Below are positions 15,101 to 29,682 of a stretch of DNA of 64,000 bases, one piece after another. The notes under the pieces are model-generated. The model was not told the origin of the DNA and ran no database searches. It worked only from the letters and a program-made list of their open reading frames with translations. Positions within the stretch are counted from its first letter, which is position 1. The number at the start of each line of letters is the position of its first letter. The position numbers and the translations under genes are program-made. The stretch is from Bugula neritina. Lineage: Eukaryota; Animalia; Bryozoa. Location: the NCBI GenBank assembly GCA_964035545.1, contig OZ037765.1, forward strand, positions 18,290,995-18,354,994, read 5' to 3'.

Positions 15101-18100
15101 TGTAAGATATTAGGACTCCTAATTTCAAGGTTACTGGTAGGAGGAGCTTAAGCATTTCAAATATAAAATGGTGGTCTTTGATTAAAAAGTCGAGAGTTAT
15201 TAAATTGAAATAAAGCATTGGAAGTTGGAGTAAAACCTTTTTTCATGCTACTGGGCAAGCATAAAGTTGTAATGCACATTCTAATTTATATTAAAAATAA
15301 AATATAACTGATTAAAAAGGCCAAATTTCACACGTAGAAATCATGGTTGTAAATTTTGGCAAGTCTACAGGATTCCACGATCAAGTGTTATGGATTAAAC
15401 TTGCACATCAAAATTTGCTAGACTTTAGAGCCAGGTTAACAATAGCTGTTTATTTGTGCAAAGTGAATAAATTAATTTATTTTAGAATACATTTCAAAGA
15501 CCGGATCAACTTAATCAGACTCGATTTCAAAAATCTGTCCCGATGAGTACATATCTAGCATGTTTCATTGTGTGCAAATGCACATACAAAGAGAAAATAT
15601 TGTCTCCATCTAAAAAAAAGGTAAGCCTACCACTTCATAACTGTGATCCCATTTAAAAAGTGATGTTAATAGAAAAAAAGAATATTTTTAATGCATTTAG
15701 TTTAGAGTGTATGCTGTGGAAGGAAGTGAAGATCAAATCGACTATGCCTTAGACTTTGGAGCAAATGTTACTGAATATTTTGAAACTTACTTTGGACTGG
15801 AATACCCTTTACCAAAAATGGGTGAGTGTCTATTTATGCAAGTGTGTTTGGTATATGTGTATAAGACTCTAGATTTTGATGCATGCATCGATTTAAGAAA
15901 AGTTTTTTCTGTTCACAGCAATCGGCATTTGAATTCTATCATAATGGTGAAACATAGATGATAATGCTTGACCACTTACAGTGGACTCAATAACTTTTTG
16001 TTTTGCCATTGAATAAACACTATTGCATATGTAAATTGTGTGTGTTTTTGTAGTGCCAAAATTCATCATATTATAAATGTAATACTCCATGACTATTGTA
16101 AACCAAAACTTGCAAAAAGGCAAAACTTAGTGGTTGTTTTTGGTTTAGACATGATAGCTATCCCGGATTTTGTTTCTGGTGCTATGGAGCATTGGGGGTT
16201 AATAACATATAGAGAAACCAATCTCCTATACAAAGAAGGGGTATCTTCTCCAAGTAATAAACAACGAATAGCAGAAGTTGTCGCCCATGAACTTGCTCAT
16301 CAGGTAGAGTTTATAACTGGTTATATGCAATGTTAATAAGTTGTTGACAAAGTGACAAAGCATGGGAGTAGATTAAGGTCAACAAAATTGAGATTCACAG
16401 ATAACGTTTAAAAGAATTGTTTAAACGATTTTCACTGAGTTGTCTAGCATAACGAGGTGTGCCCTCATTCACTGAATCATCAGAACTGCCATAAAAAGGG
16501 GTGGTTTGAGTAGTGAGATTTTTAAGAGAGCTTATCTCCAACCTACATGAAGCAATAAATAAACTCAGCTACAGGCTATATCAAACTAGTTATAATGAAT
16601 TTTCGATAATATACTCATGTTGTGGTGCAAGAAATAAGTTATGTGTATAGCATATCGAAAAAATTTTATTTATAATTGAGTTTGAATTTTGCATTATGGC
16701 ATCTTTTTTTACTGTATGAGACTCGCCCTGGAAAAAACAGTTAGCTGCAGAGAAGTAGTTATTAATTAGCTTGTATATTGCAATTGTTTATTTACCGATC
16801 AGACAACTTCTTATGTACTGAAATATCTGATGGAACAATTAATCAACTACTTTGTAAAGTAGTGCAATGTTTCACTCTTACTGTTACTGTTACTGTTACT
16901 GTTACTGTTAAGGCGTAATACGAGGGTACAAAAGTAGGAAATATAAGATATAACTAACCTTATTACCTGCAAAAACAAGATATTATTCTATAGTTTTCAA
17001 ATTTAATAACTTTTACAGTTATATGTTTTGATACAGAAACTTATTGCAGTAACATATTCTATAAAAAGTTGGCCCTTATAGAAAAACAGTTTATAGCAAT
17101 TAATTTACTTTGTTAGCATTCTAGCAAATTCCTACCTGGAAACTCCTAACCCACTCTGCTTATATAACATTCACAATTATAATTATGTTGTGTCAAACCA
17201 GTGTAATAGTGCAACAACATAGTTTCATGCTAATTAGCAATAAACTCTATAACTGTGATTTTAAAGCTAACTTTTGTTCCTCAGTGGTTTGGTAACATTG
17301 TCACAATGGATTGGTGGGATGATCTGTGGCTGAATGAAGGATTTGCTACTTTCATGGCTTATGTTGGCACAGACAAGTTTGAACCAGAAATGGAAGTGGT
17401 AGGCTGCTAATTATTAACAAACTGCAGCTACAATATTTGTATGGCGTTTTTGCTCGGTACCTAATTAAAATGTATTAAACTACTATTGCTATAATCAGCT
17501 TATCTTTTATTACTTGTTTATTCATGTACATGCAGCTATATTGTGCTTGAAGGAATTTAAATGAAAAGGCATATGCATATCTTGTTTAAATTTACTAGTC
17601 AGTCTATCTGTGAAACAGCAGAAGATACATTGAATAACATCTTTGATAAATGTAAATGTAATTGTGTACATTCTTGTGTATACTTTCTCTATTATATCTT
17701 GTTATTTGCCTTACTGCCAAATGTAGTTTTCTTTTATTATAACTTTGTATACATGTGCTAATGGAATAGCTTATTTATAGAATGACTTAGTTGGGTAGTT
17801 TAAAATAAAATTGGCTGCTTTTCCTTGTTGTAGTTCAGTCAGTTTGCATCTATTGAAGCCCATACTGTAATGCCAGAGGACTCTGTTGCTAGTTCACATC
17901 CCATTATAGTTCCAGTAGAACGACCTGAAGATATATCTGCTGTGTTTGATGCAATTTCATATAACAAGGTATCATATCACATGACTGCTTTTAAAGTATA
18001 GATCTTCAAGCAGAAATAAACATAGATATTTCAGATGTTGCATATTTTACATCTTTTCTAGTATTGCTCTTTTTATGTTTTAAGCATTAGGTTCTTTATA

Positions 18101-21100
18101 TGAGATGGGATATTTGTTTTAAAATGTTTTTGATATTTTCAAATGCCATTGTACTTAAGGATCATACAGCTTTAAATTTTTTGTGTATTAATATTAGTTT
18201 GGAGCGTCACTGCTTTAAATTAATTAATAATATTATAATAATAGTTAAAAATTTGGTCAGTTTGATTTCAAATGTGCTAGAATTGTTTTACTTTTTCAAG
18301 ATTGAATGCATCTTTTACAGGGTGCGTCAGTAATAAGAATGTTGGAAGCTTTTATTGGTGCTGAAATTTTTGGAGATGGTCTTAAAGTATGTATAAATCA
18401 TTATAGACCCTAAGCAGGTTTTTTCACATGTGTTACACAGCGTATCTTAACAATGTATTTGAGCTAAAGAAACTAGAAGGTGAAATTGACAAAAATCCTC
18501 TCACGCTGTAGTATTTAATTAAATTTATCGAAGAGATGTTTAAAGCAGAATTTAAATTTGTATGACTTCTATAAACTGGTGGAGTAATTTTGTCAAACTG
18601 CTAGATGCTATATTGCACTGGTGAAGTAGCAATATATTTTTAATTTACATTGTTAAAGGTGCTTATGAGGTTCAAGAGCAAGATAGAAAACACATTTTTA
18701 AAACATCTGTGAGGTTAAACAGATTAAAATCCTCATTGCAAATTTTTGTATATCCATTTACAATTTTCCTCTGCATTATACAGGCATACTTGAAAAGATA
18801 CCAGTATGACAATGCAAAAACCTATCAGTTATGGGAAAGTATTGGCCAGCATGCTCAAGAATGGGATATAGAAGTTATTATGGACACTTGGACGAAGCAA
18901 AGTGGCTATCCATTGATAACTGTCACATATGATGAAAATACCAACAAGATTACAGCCTCTCAAATGCTGTGTAAAGATACAGCAGAAACAATTGACTGGC
19001 CAACATCTATGTTTGAGTGAGTCACGGTTTTGTAACGTGTCAAAATTTAAATCGAAAATTCAAGCAAGTAATTATGTTATTGATGGCGGGCTTATAATGT
19101 TAATGTGTACAGCATTTTCCACAAAAATATTATCATTATTTTACTACAGGTTTTTTAAAGGAGTTCATAATGCAAAATGAAAATCTAATTGTCATACAAA
19201 GCCACAAACAACTCTTCCTATGCTGTTATTATAATATAAGGTAGTGTAAGTTGACGTAACAATAACTTAATTGATACTGTACAGTAAAATATACTTTATG
19301 GCTCACATAAGCATGTAATACTATGATTTCCATGTTCACAGATACAAATGGGAAGTACCCCTGCATTACATAACTAACAGTGGAGAAAGTGACAGCACAT
19401 TTCCTTGGATTCACCACAACTCGTCTACAGGTATGCACAGCCGTGTAACAACCTGCTTTATTACACTTGAGTTACTCTTAGCCATTTCCTTTAAGTTATT
19501 TTTATACCTGCAAAACTTCAATTCCACACCAACTCTGCTATCCATACAGCAGTGGATATAGAACATATTCCAAGTGCAACAAGCTATGGCGAAAGTAAGT
19601 AAGATATGGTGTAGCATGTTGGTCCAGAGCCTGTTGTAGCAGATTTGTCTTATATTGGCTAAAGAAAGTAGCAGAAGGCCATTATGGTCAAAGACAAATT
19701 TAGTTAAACTTTACTGAGAGCTGCGAGCATTAATTTTTCTCATCAACTGAAACCTGGCCATATAGATAAATAAAGCATGAGAAATCAAGGAGAATGATGT
19801 TATAGTTTAAATTTAGTCATTATACACATAGTATATCTGCTAAACTATAAACTCCAAGTACATTGTCAAAATGTTATTAACTTTATAAAGGACTGTTTTA
19901 GTTTTCAAAACTTAGATTTCTTATATATTGTTAAAGCATTTTGTTACCAATTTTTTATTTATAAAAGAAAAAAGTAATTCTGACTAAGAGTTATTTCGGT
20001 ACTACTGATGACTACATTGCTAGGTACCTTAAAATTTAATTTTGTAACATAGATTAACTAATAGCTTTATCACAAATTACAACAATTTTTTAAAGCATCT
20101 GTGTATAACTCAAGACACTATAGGCCTATTATAACTTTAGAACAATATTGTGCGATTAAATTTTCACAGTTATACTTCATTGATTATAATTAAAAGCAGT
20201 GATCTACTGTATGTAGACACCTTTGTGCAGATTAAACTGACCTAGCATAGCCTACGACTCTAGTGTGAGAATATTAGGAATATTATGAAATATTTGTGAA
20301 ATGTAATATTAGTGTTTAGTCTGCAACTAATCACCAGTATTCACTTATCATTTCAGGATTCATGCAGTGCATTTACATTTATTATAAATTGCTGGAAAAG
20401 CATTTATATACAAAAAGTAAAATTTTGACACTAAATTTCGATTTGATTAAGACAATTTAACTTGTTTTTATTTTGAATTATGATATTATATACAGCAAAG
20501 CTATAAAACGTTTGCAATACATTTTCATGAAAAGCTTAGAAAATGTGTCATACAATCTCATAGTATTCCAAAGAGGTGGCACTGAATATCACAGCTATTG
20601 TTGCAGATACTACATGCATGAAAGTTGTATATATATCAAAATAGTATCTATTACCAAGTTGATATCCAATTCTCATCTTTTTATATAAAGCTCCTGTGTA
20701 AATATTTGTGTTCTAATGTACGCATGCATAATTTTACTTCATCAATTCTCATATAATGTGTATATATTATTTTCCTAAACTGGACTATGTATGTTATGTA
20801 ATTACTATGTTGGTTTTGTTGTAGTTGAATTTGTGAGCCCAGTTGATTTGAAACAAGCAGGAAACTGGCTAAAGTTTAACAAGAATAACACAGGATATTA
20901 CAAAGTTAGGTATCCACAAGCTTGGTGGGAGAAATTAGGAACCCTTCTCAAGAATGATATTGAGGTAATTCATTTAGCCTGTATTCTGGAGGTATAGTCT
21001 CAATGTATAATATGAATGCTTAACAAAACTCTTATCTAAGGCTAAACTCACTACAACACAAAATGCTTTGTAGTATAATGATTATCTAATCTTTATATAA

Positions 21101-24100
21101 AAGCAGAATGTTGGGGAGAGGATTCCTATGTATGATTATCATTCATAGCCGGCTATCTAATTTATACAATAAAAAAATTATTTTACAAGTAGCCTACAAC
21201 TGAAAGTCAAAAAATGGACTAAAAAAGAAAAAAAATACAATAACAATAAATTCTAAAGCTGTCTGGAAGAGATAAGGAAATATTTTGTAGGCTGTAATTA
21301 GTGGGTTAGTTTGAGGTGGGCAGTTCATTCGAAGAGACTGCATGTGGCTCAGTAGTCTTGACATAACTTGTGACTTCCATTTTAGGAACTATATTACTAT
21401 ATTTTAGCTTCAACCAGTTTGTAAGGAGTTTTAAGGTTTCACTCCAAAAGCTCCTTATTAGCTGTATCAGCAGCTATATGCAGAGTAAATGTATATATAT
21501 TGGCACAGGCTGTTGCTTCCTATTAGTAAAAATTATGTTATGAAGATCTATAGGTGTTTGTTAGATAAACAATTACTCATAGTATCTTTTTTATTGTAAA
21601 AGTAAGTCAGGCTACTAAATATCTGTTAAACTTCGTTTGTTTCTGTTTTACCTCATTCCAAGTTTGGACATAAGAGTCTAAACACTTGCATAGCAGGTCA
21701 TTCCAAAACATAGTTTGTTTAACAAATTGTTGATATTAAAACAGTCATTTTGAATGTTACAAACTAATGATATCTATAATATTAGTACTTGCCACTTCTA
21801 TTTCACAGGCTTTAGATGCTCAGGATCGAGCAGGTCTAGTTTATGATGCAATAACTCTTCCAGCTTACGGCCTCATGGACTATAGCGTAGCCTTTAACTT
21901 CCTCAATTACTTAGAAAATGAGATGCACTATGTTCCTTGGCTCTCTGTTAGAACGAACTTGTTTACAATCAGAGACTTGCTTAATGATAACTCAAAATGG
22001 GATGTAAGTCATTGTATCTTAATTTTGAAACATTATGCTACCACTTGACTCTAATAAGACTCTTACTATGTTAGTCATTTAGTATGGATCAAATATATTG
22101 ATTTATTATGATTATAAAATATTTATTTAAAAAATAAAGAATGTGCTAGATCAAAGCTTTGAAGCCCTAGAGAGAGGTTTTCCTATTTTCTGTAAGAATA
22201 AAATCTCCAACTTTCAATATAACTAGCATTTGTTTTCTAACAAAACCCAATATATAATGTGAGTTGTAGATATATGTATCATTATTGTTACTGTTTTAGC
22301 TGTTTGTCGAAAGACTAGTAAAGAAGACCTATGATAGTCTTGCTTGGAAGGAAGGAGGTTCACATACTGATAAGTATGCTGCGTATATATATTGTCCAGT
22401 TGTAGTAACGATTTATTAATTTTTTTCTGCACTCTGTGTTGTTTCATGTACCAGTAAAATACAATTTTCATCTAAAAATGAACTTGTCATGTGTATGCAA
22501 TGATGCATAATTTTCTGGGTAATGTTTTTATATTGCATTTAATTGCAAGTAGCGAGTAAAAATATTTTAAATACAGCAAAATGATTTTACATGTACTTTT
22601 TAAGATAATAATGTTATAGTTCTTTCTTTATAGAAAAGAATTCTGATAATTTTGTTTAAAAGTTCAAAATAATTATGATTTCTTTGCACATACTCACTAT
22701 TAGTTTGATTTTTTATTTACAGATTATTAAAGGGAAGTATAACAAGACTAGCATGTGGCCATGAGTATATGGAATGCTTAAATACTGCTAATAGTAAATT
22801 TACTCAGTGGGTTAATGATCCTGTGAACCATCCGTAAGTTATTCTGGCTTTTTCAAGTTTCTTGCGTTTAACGATGTATTTATTTGTGACCTAGTTTGAC
22901 TTTATAGTCTTGTGACTTCAATCACTTGTTTTAGGAAGTGCTGTCTGTACAAGCCCACAAACAAATTGTTGACCAGGTTTAGGTGGCGATTTTTGTGTGT
23001 GCTATAGCACAAGCACTTGCATGCAAATAAAACTCTATGAGCACCAGAAGCTGCAAAAATTTACCATATAAAAGTATTTTAATTACCCAAGCCATGTGAA
23101 AGCATTAATTATATTTTATTTTTAATTTTTACATAACTATATATGTTCAACATTTGCTTTATTACATTTTAACATATTATCAGTTTGTCAACAGTATTTA
23201 ATTTGGTGCACCTTACAAAACAGTTGCACCAAAACCTGCACTTCATCAGCTATAGATTGATGAGAGATATATTATTAGTATTGCCATATGAATGTGCAAA
23301 AAGAAACATTGCATCTAGGTCATATGGAGAAGATATTATATTATGTTATATTTACATATGTATATTATGTAGCCTTGAAGTCACAGAGAGGTATGAGGTG
23401 CTGACATATGGTATGAAGAACATAACAGAACAGCAGTGGGATACTGTATGGTCAAGATACAGCTCAGAGCCTGTGGCCACTGCTAAGACTGACATGAGGA
23501 GGGGGCTGGCAAAAACCTCTAATGAAGTCCTTATCAACAGGTATGATGTAATTCTTATACTTATTTGATTAGATCCAGATATCTTGTCATGAGTACAAAC
23601 ATTGTATCATGGTCGCAATAGCCTGCTTTTATATTTTTATAGCTAACACCAATAAATAACCATACTATAAAACCATTTAAATTCAGAGCAAGATATTTCA
23701 GCAAAAATTGTTGTACTTATTCACAAACCAAATGATGACATTATCATTGTCCTTTAATAAACTGGTTGCAGTAACACAGTCAAAATATTGTAGCAAAGTT
23801 CTAACATTATATATAATGTTAATATTATGTTGTTTTTAATGAATCATCTGTGCAATATTTACCTTTACTGAGTATTGAACCCATGACCGCTGTTTAATAA
23901 GCAAGTGCTTTAACCCCTGTACCATGGCTGCTCTCTCTGTAATATTTACTTCCATTTGTAGATACCTCAGCTATGCCTTGGACAAAAATAAAGTAGCCGA
24001 TCAAGATTTACCCAGGGTTATTAGTTACTTGGCTGCAAACAGCGTAGCTCGACCTATAGTATGGAACTGGGCAAAACAGCGATATACTGAGCTACGAGAT

Positions 24101-24938
24101 AGGTGACTTCTTGTTACTTATAGCGGCCATTATTTTGGGTTATATTCTTGTTTTTTTTGTCATGCATAAAATTCATTAGAAAATCAGGTTTTACAGCTGA
24201 ATAAGAAGACCATTTGATAAATCACAGTGAAGCAAACACTAATAGACTTGTATATTTGCTATAAAATTGTATCTATAATTTTTTGATTTGAACTAAAAAG
24301 ACAACCAACTGGCTTTGAAATGCTACTCTAGTGGTACTGCACTGCACTGCACTGCACTGCACTGCACTGTACACATAAAACTTATATGTTACAGGTTGGG
24401 TATTGATAACAGATATTTTGGTAGACTGATTCCAGGAATTGCCAGTTACTTTACAACAACTGAGATGCTGGAAGAGGTAGGTTATATCTGCTACCTATTT
24501 GCCACAGTTTTCATTCTGAATGAGTCACTTGTTACATTCAACTTATAGATGTAGGCGTACATGCTATGCTTTTGTTAAGAAAATCTTTACAAATTGCTTT
24601 CAGAAAAAAACATTTTATAATGGCTGAGAGAGTGTTTTGTACTGTAAAACAAAATTTACTATATCAGTTTAGGAAGTAGGCTTTTGTCTTATTAAATAGT
24701 ATTATTGCTTGTTTTTAATTGCACTATGTGCAATTAGTTAAATTTTCAGAGAAATTGTGTTTTAAAGCAGCATATGAATAAAAATTTTTTGCAGGTTGAA
24801 GGTTTTTATGCACTTCATCCGAATGCTGGAGCCGGAAAGAGGGCGAGAGAACAATCTATAGAGGCTATCAAACAAGCTATTGGATGGAAACAGAGATATG
24901 AAAACCAAGTAAATAACTGGCTAGAAAATAACGTATGA
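12142..24938 (+). CDS. ENPEP: M1 zinc aminopeptidase, glutamyl aminopeptidase (aminopeptidase A)-like type II membrane protein; about 20 exons starting at 12142, 12659, 13480, 14679, 15486, 15701, 16149, 17285, 17834, 18321, 18784, 19342, 20825, 21809, 22300, 22722, 23373, 23962, 24395, 24795
   Basis: N-terminal anchor [33 protein letters not shown]; [12 protein letters not shown]; [20 protein letters not shown]; SVPMSTYL; [21 protein letters not shown]; zinc motif [27 protein letters not shown]; [11 protein letters not shown]; C-terminal NRYFGR and [12 protein letters not shown] typical of aminopeptidase A. TGA at 24936-24938. The family is certain; exact orthology is less so. Confidence 0.9.
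16877..16910. repeat. (TTACTG)n hexamer microsatellite
   Basis: About 5.5 perfect copies. Confidence 0.9.
23862..23933 (-). mobile_element. tRNA-derived SINE head remnant in an aminopeptidase intron
   Basis: Reverse complement GAGCAGCCATGGTACAGGGGTTAAAGCACTTGC...GGTCATGGGTTCAATACTCAG shows an A-box-like TGGTACAGGGG and a B-box-like GGTTCAATAC at tRNA spacing, but no intact cloverleaf. Confidence 0.45.
24336..24369. repeat. (ACTGC)n pentamer microsatellite
   Basis: About 6.5 perfect copies. Confidence 0.9.
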
Positions 24939-26277
24939 CACTACCATGTAAATGTCTGCATTTTACAAAAGTATCATTTCTCTATAAAAGAAACTTTTTA
25001 CCCTTGAATGCAAATTTTATATTCTAAACCCTTGAAAATAATCATTAATATTTATCATAAATTAATTTGTCTTGTAGAGAATTTTACAATGATTGTGAAT
25101 TTTATATCTTTGGCATAGTGTTATATTTCCTGTTGATCATTACAAATTTTAAGAAATAAAAACATAAGAAAATATGTGATAAAAACTGTTTACTGTTGGC
25201 TACCAAAACTATTTTTATATGGAAAAATACAGCACCTATAATTCAGTTTTTTAAGTATTAACAATAAAAACCCACTTACTTAGGAATTTTTTTAATTATG
25301 AGTAAAGTACACAATGTTAAGTTAATTTAAAACTGTCTAAAACACAGAAAAGGTATCAAACAGAGGTTTCTCTGTGCTCCCCCATGTTTCAAACACTTGT
25401 ACTGAAATTACCTCATAAACACCTCAAACAATTACCCTAATGAATGTTTTTTGTAAAATTTTGAAATAATATTTGTTCGATCACTACGAATACTCTCTAT
25501 TGCATTAAAACCACTCATTATTATAGTATGTTTCAATTAAGTTCAAGAATGTCTTAAAGTGGTATTTGCAATTTTTTGATGAGACTTGAAAATATTTGTT
25601 GGGTGTTGTGTGAAGGCATTCTAAATAAACGACATTAACATTTAACATAATTATAGTGTGTCTGTGTGATGAAAAACTTTTATTTTAATTTAAAAGTCTT
25701 CTAAAGCTAAGAATGAACTAAAGTTCAGCATAAATGCATGGCATAAAAGTGGCTAAAGCACTGTTTTAGTGTTTCTGGGGTTATCATTTCTGTACCTTAG
25801 TTACAGATGCAAAGAAGTCAGTTAAATGCAGTAGAATTAGTGTATAATTTAAAAATACAAAAACGTGGCAAAAATGTGCTTTAGTTTATCAATTTTAATA
25901 AACTTAGATATGCAATGCTTTAAAACAATATTTTACATGTTCCTATGCACTAATGCACTTTTTTATTAGATCAATTTTAGCTAAGAGACAAATTTTTATG
26001 TAATTGCTCACAAATGCTAAAAAGTTCCTTCACAAAAGCAAATGTGCTAGGTACATTTTTAGAAATAAGATCTAGAAAAGGAGCAACAAAGATTACTGGA
26101 CATTAAATGTGTAAAACAATATTTTATTTGTTGATGATTTCAAAAACATTTTTTTACCATTTTATAAGTATTTTGACACTTGAAGCAAAAATCACTCAAC
26201 ATATTATTATATTGTATATTTTACAACAATAAATTATAATTATGCTTAATCTACAAAAATGTTGAACCCAGCACTTT

Positions 26278-27328
26278 TTAATAACTTTGCTTGACTTGTA
26301 TATAATCTTGGTCTTGAGGCTGGCTGGTTGAGGTGCTTTGTATGTCTGAGCTATTAATAGCTTGCACACTGGTTTGCCATTGATTTGGATACGAAGTAAT
26401 TTGGAGTTGTTTCTTTTGGCGACTTCTCTTAGCAGCTCTAATAGCAAAGTACAAGAGTATTCCCAACGGAATTCCGCTCAGCATAATCGAAGCTATAGGT
26501 ATCCCAGGGTGAAGAGGTTCCACCCATGTGGTGGTATCCATACCTGTTGGGGTACACTAGATTATATTGCAATGAACTTATTATAGTTTTTTATGGTGCC
26601 TGTGAAAAACTGATCTGCTGGTTTTTACTGCTGGTCTGGTTTGTTGTAATGCAGCAGGATCCTTCATTATTTGAAGTAGCTTAAGTAAGTTGGGCTTAGA
26701 GGTGATGGTCAATATTTATAAGATTATAAAAACATGTAAGGTGTTGACTAGTTAAGTGACCTTATTAACTTTTTACATAATTTTTAAAATTATTTAAAAT
26801 AAACTGATGAGCTATATAAGTCTTCTGCTTTTTTATACCGGAATCAATTTATTTTATGGAAGTCAAATAATCATTTTATACTACATAGTTATAATATTTA
26901 TGAAAGCAAAAGCATAATGCATCTTATCAAAGGGTTAAAGTTCATAATAATAATAATAGATCACATGCTGCATCTTATATCTTAGCTTTTTATTCTCAAT
27001 TCAAAATTGCAAAGTTTGAGTTTTAGAAATTTCTAAAAATATGAATAGGAATGTGTTTTTGCTATTATGTAGTATGTTTTATGAAGGAAAATTAAAGTAA
27101 AATAAAGTCTAACTCTGCTGTAGGATATCTTAGTTAATGTATTTCGTGACTATATATAAGTAGTTTCAGGTATGTTATAGACCAACCTGTGATCAAATAC
27201 TTGAACAAAATTCTGTATAGCAGCTTCTTGTTTAGGTTTAATCCTATGTATACATTATTATAGCAACAGTGCATTATTTTAATTCTATAGCATAATAGTT
27301 TATTCTTACCAAAACTTTGAGTTGCCAT
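26278..27328 (-). CDS. Candidate orphan small single-pass membrane protein (94 aa); exons 27310-27328 and 26278-26543
   Basis: aaacATGG start, donor G|GTAAGA and acceptor ccaacag|GT join in phase 1 to give MATQSFGMDTTTWVEPLHPGIPIASIMLSGIPLGILLYFAIRAAKRSRQKK...QDQDYIQVKQSY. A hydrophobic segment is followed by a basic stop-transfer cluster, and the exon is GC-richer than its flanks. No homology recognised. Confidence 0.5.
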
Positions 27329-28118
27329 GTTTTTTCTTCTGAAAGTTTATAGACTTGTACATTAAGCTTTCCTTCACGCAATACATTAGTGATATGATAT
27401 GGTATTGATTTCTGGAATAAACTTGTCACTAGTTATGTATACAGTAAACAATTCCATCAATATTCTATAATGCTATAAGTTTTTATATCAAACATCTTTA
27501 AATATTAATTTTTGGCTGAAAAAATACTTTGTTTAAATAAGAAACCTATTTAAACAAGTAGCACTATGTTTAGCTGGTAAAGACATGCTAGAGTAAGTAA
27601 GCTTAAGGCAAAATGCTAATAACATGTGACAGATCAATGATATTATAAATTTCTTTGTTTAAATACGTAAAAGCAATGGACACCTCAGGTACACTTTAAT
27701 AATATTGAATACGATTACAGCTTTTTGCACACCAACAGTGAAATATTTACAAATAATGGCTAGTTAGAAAAATTTAGGACTAAAAATATTGTGGCACACA
27801 CAGCATACCTGCCACAGCTTGCCTAATATGTTATATATAGTTTCAGGTGATTCAGCTTATTCACCATAAAGCCTCGTATGCACTTTATTACACAAAATAA
27901 GTCTACAATACAAATATTTAAATTCAAAATTATATATGGTTGTAGTGTGCCATTCTATATACTCATATATAGCTGATTTTGAATTTATTGTACACCCTTT
28001 AACAAATATGTTAACAAAATACTTAATTAATAACACCTTTTAAATATGCTTTGGTAGAAACATAACTTTTTTTCATTGTGAAGGTGTAAGATGTGGAACT
28101 CTGTTATAGATTTATAAA

Positions 28119-28161
28119 TGTGTGTGCGTGCGTGCGTGCATGCGTGCGTGCGTGCGTGCGT
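28119..28161. repeat. (TG)n/(GCGT)n alternating purine-pyrimidine microsatellite
   Basis: tgtgtgtgcgtgcgtgcgtgcatgcgtgcg...gtgcgcg. Confidence 0.9.
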
Positions 28162-29682
28162 GCGTGCATGTGCATGTGCGCGATAATAATTTGGGGGTTT
28201 AATATTATAAGGTCTAGCAGTAATCTCTGCACTTGTTGCATGGATTAAAGCAAGTGCTTAGAAAGAGAAGGCAACTCTCTATTCAATAAAATGTGTTGCA
28301 GGACAGTTGTTGGACATTTATTTGTTTTTATCCTATTCAATGTGTTAGAGTTACAGGTTATTATTTTGTAAATACTATGCATGCTTTGTAGATTTTGAAT
28401 AAATTTCTAATTATTTTCCAATGATGAAACTCGCTCAACTGAAACTGTCACCACTTTTCAAACAAGCTCTATTTCCTAAGTTTAGAGAGCATTTGTGCCT
28501 ACTGTTGCTGCAAATTATGCTTTATAAATCCTCACACAAAATATAAACCTGATTGAAATTTAAATTAAATTTTGTGTTCTTGCCGCCAAATGGCATACGT
28601 TTTAGAATAATGCTTATCGAATTTAAAAACAATATGCTACAAGTAAAAGTAGAGATGCAGCAAGTAGCTGCGCAATAGCCTGCTAAACTACTGCGTGTAG
28701 TTTTTTGCTTTATTATTTCATTAGATACAAATTAAATTTACATGTGTTTACATAAAGCATTATATTGCTTTGAATATGCTTCATGCAGTGAATGCATATA
28801 ATCTATTACATATAATATATGCTTATACTGCATACAGGATATAAAACATTTAAGTTGTTGCAGAGAACTGTTAAATGGTGTATGAAAATTGAATATATTC
28901 TAACACTTTTGCAATTAAAAATTAATATCTCCAAACAGATATATGAACTTTGTAATTTTAGGATTCTGCATATAACTTTACACTGTGACTATCTTTTCCT
29001 TCTCTCTGAGTTCATTTGTATAGGTACTACAAATTACTTGAGTTTTATGATATCTAACTAGCTGGTTAAGGTCTCAGAGCAGCAGAGAGTAAAGCCCAAT
29101 GAACTAAAACTAGTTATAATTCAATGGTAAAACCCTAGTAGTCTATTATAAGAAACTACTGCAAAGAAAAGTAGTTTGATGAAGATTGATGAAATATTTT
29201 GCAGTTGGATCAAGGAAAAGTGTTGAGAATTGAAATAGACAAAAACACACAAGAGGCAAATATCAATTTGTTCGTTTCAAATTGCCAGTTTAGACTAGGA
29301 ATGTGAACACAAAATTAAAATAACTTATCCTACTAGACTTGAAAATGATTTAAAACAGAAATATATTCTGTGAAATGCATAAATGACAAAAGCTAAACAA
29401 TCAAACCAAAAAATCAGGAACAATTTTTGTGGTGAGGATTGAGTACACGTTTAAAATTTAAATAATGTATTAAATAATGTAAGAGATAAAATTTGTAACT
29501 TGGAAACAAGAACATTTCATTAAAAACCAACAAAACAAATAGTTGTCTTTTTCCACCAGATATGAGAGAAACGAACTTCCATGATGGAGAGAAAGTAGTA
29601 AAAATTTAAGGTTCCTGTGAAGACTGGTACTAGTTTCTTTTTTCGCTTATTCAAGCCAACACAATAAAAAAACAAAAGGATA

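Noticed and set aside
26196-26447. ORF MLLELLREVAKRNNSKLL..., superficially like a TAF9 segment
   Set aside because: Non-ATG start, no histone-fold sequence upstream. The overlapping frame 26278-26543 has better splice and topology support.
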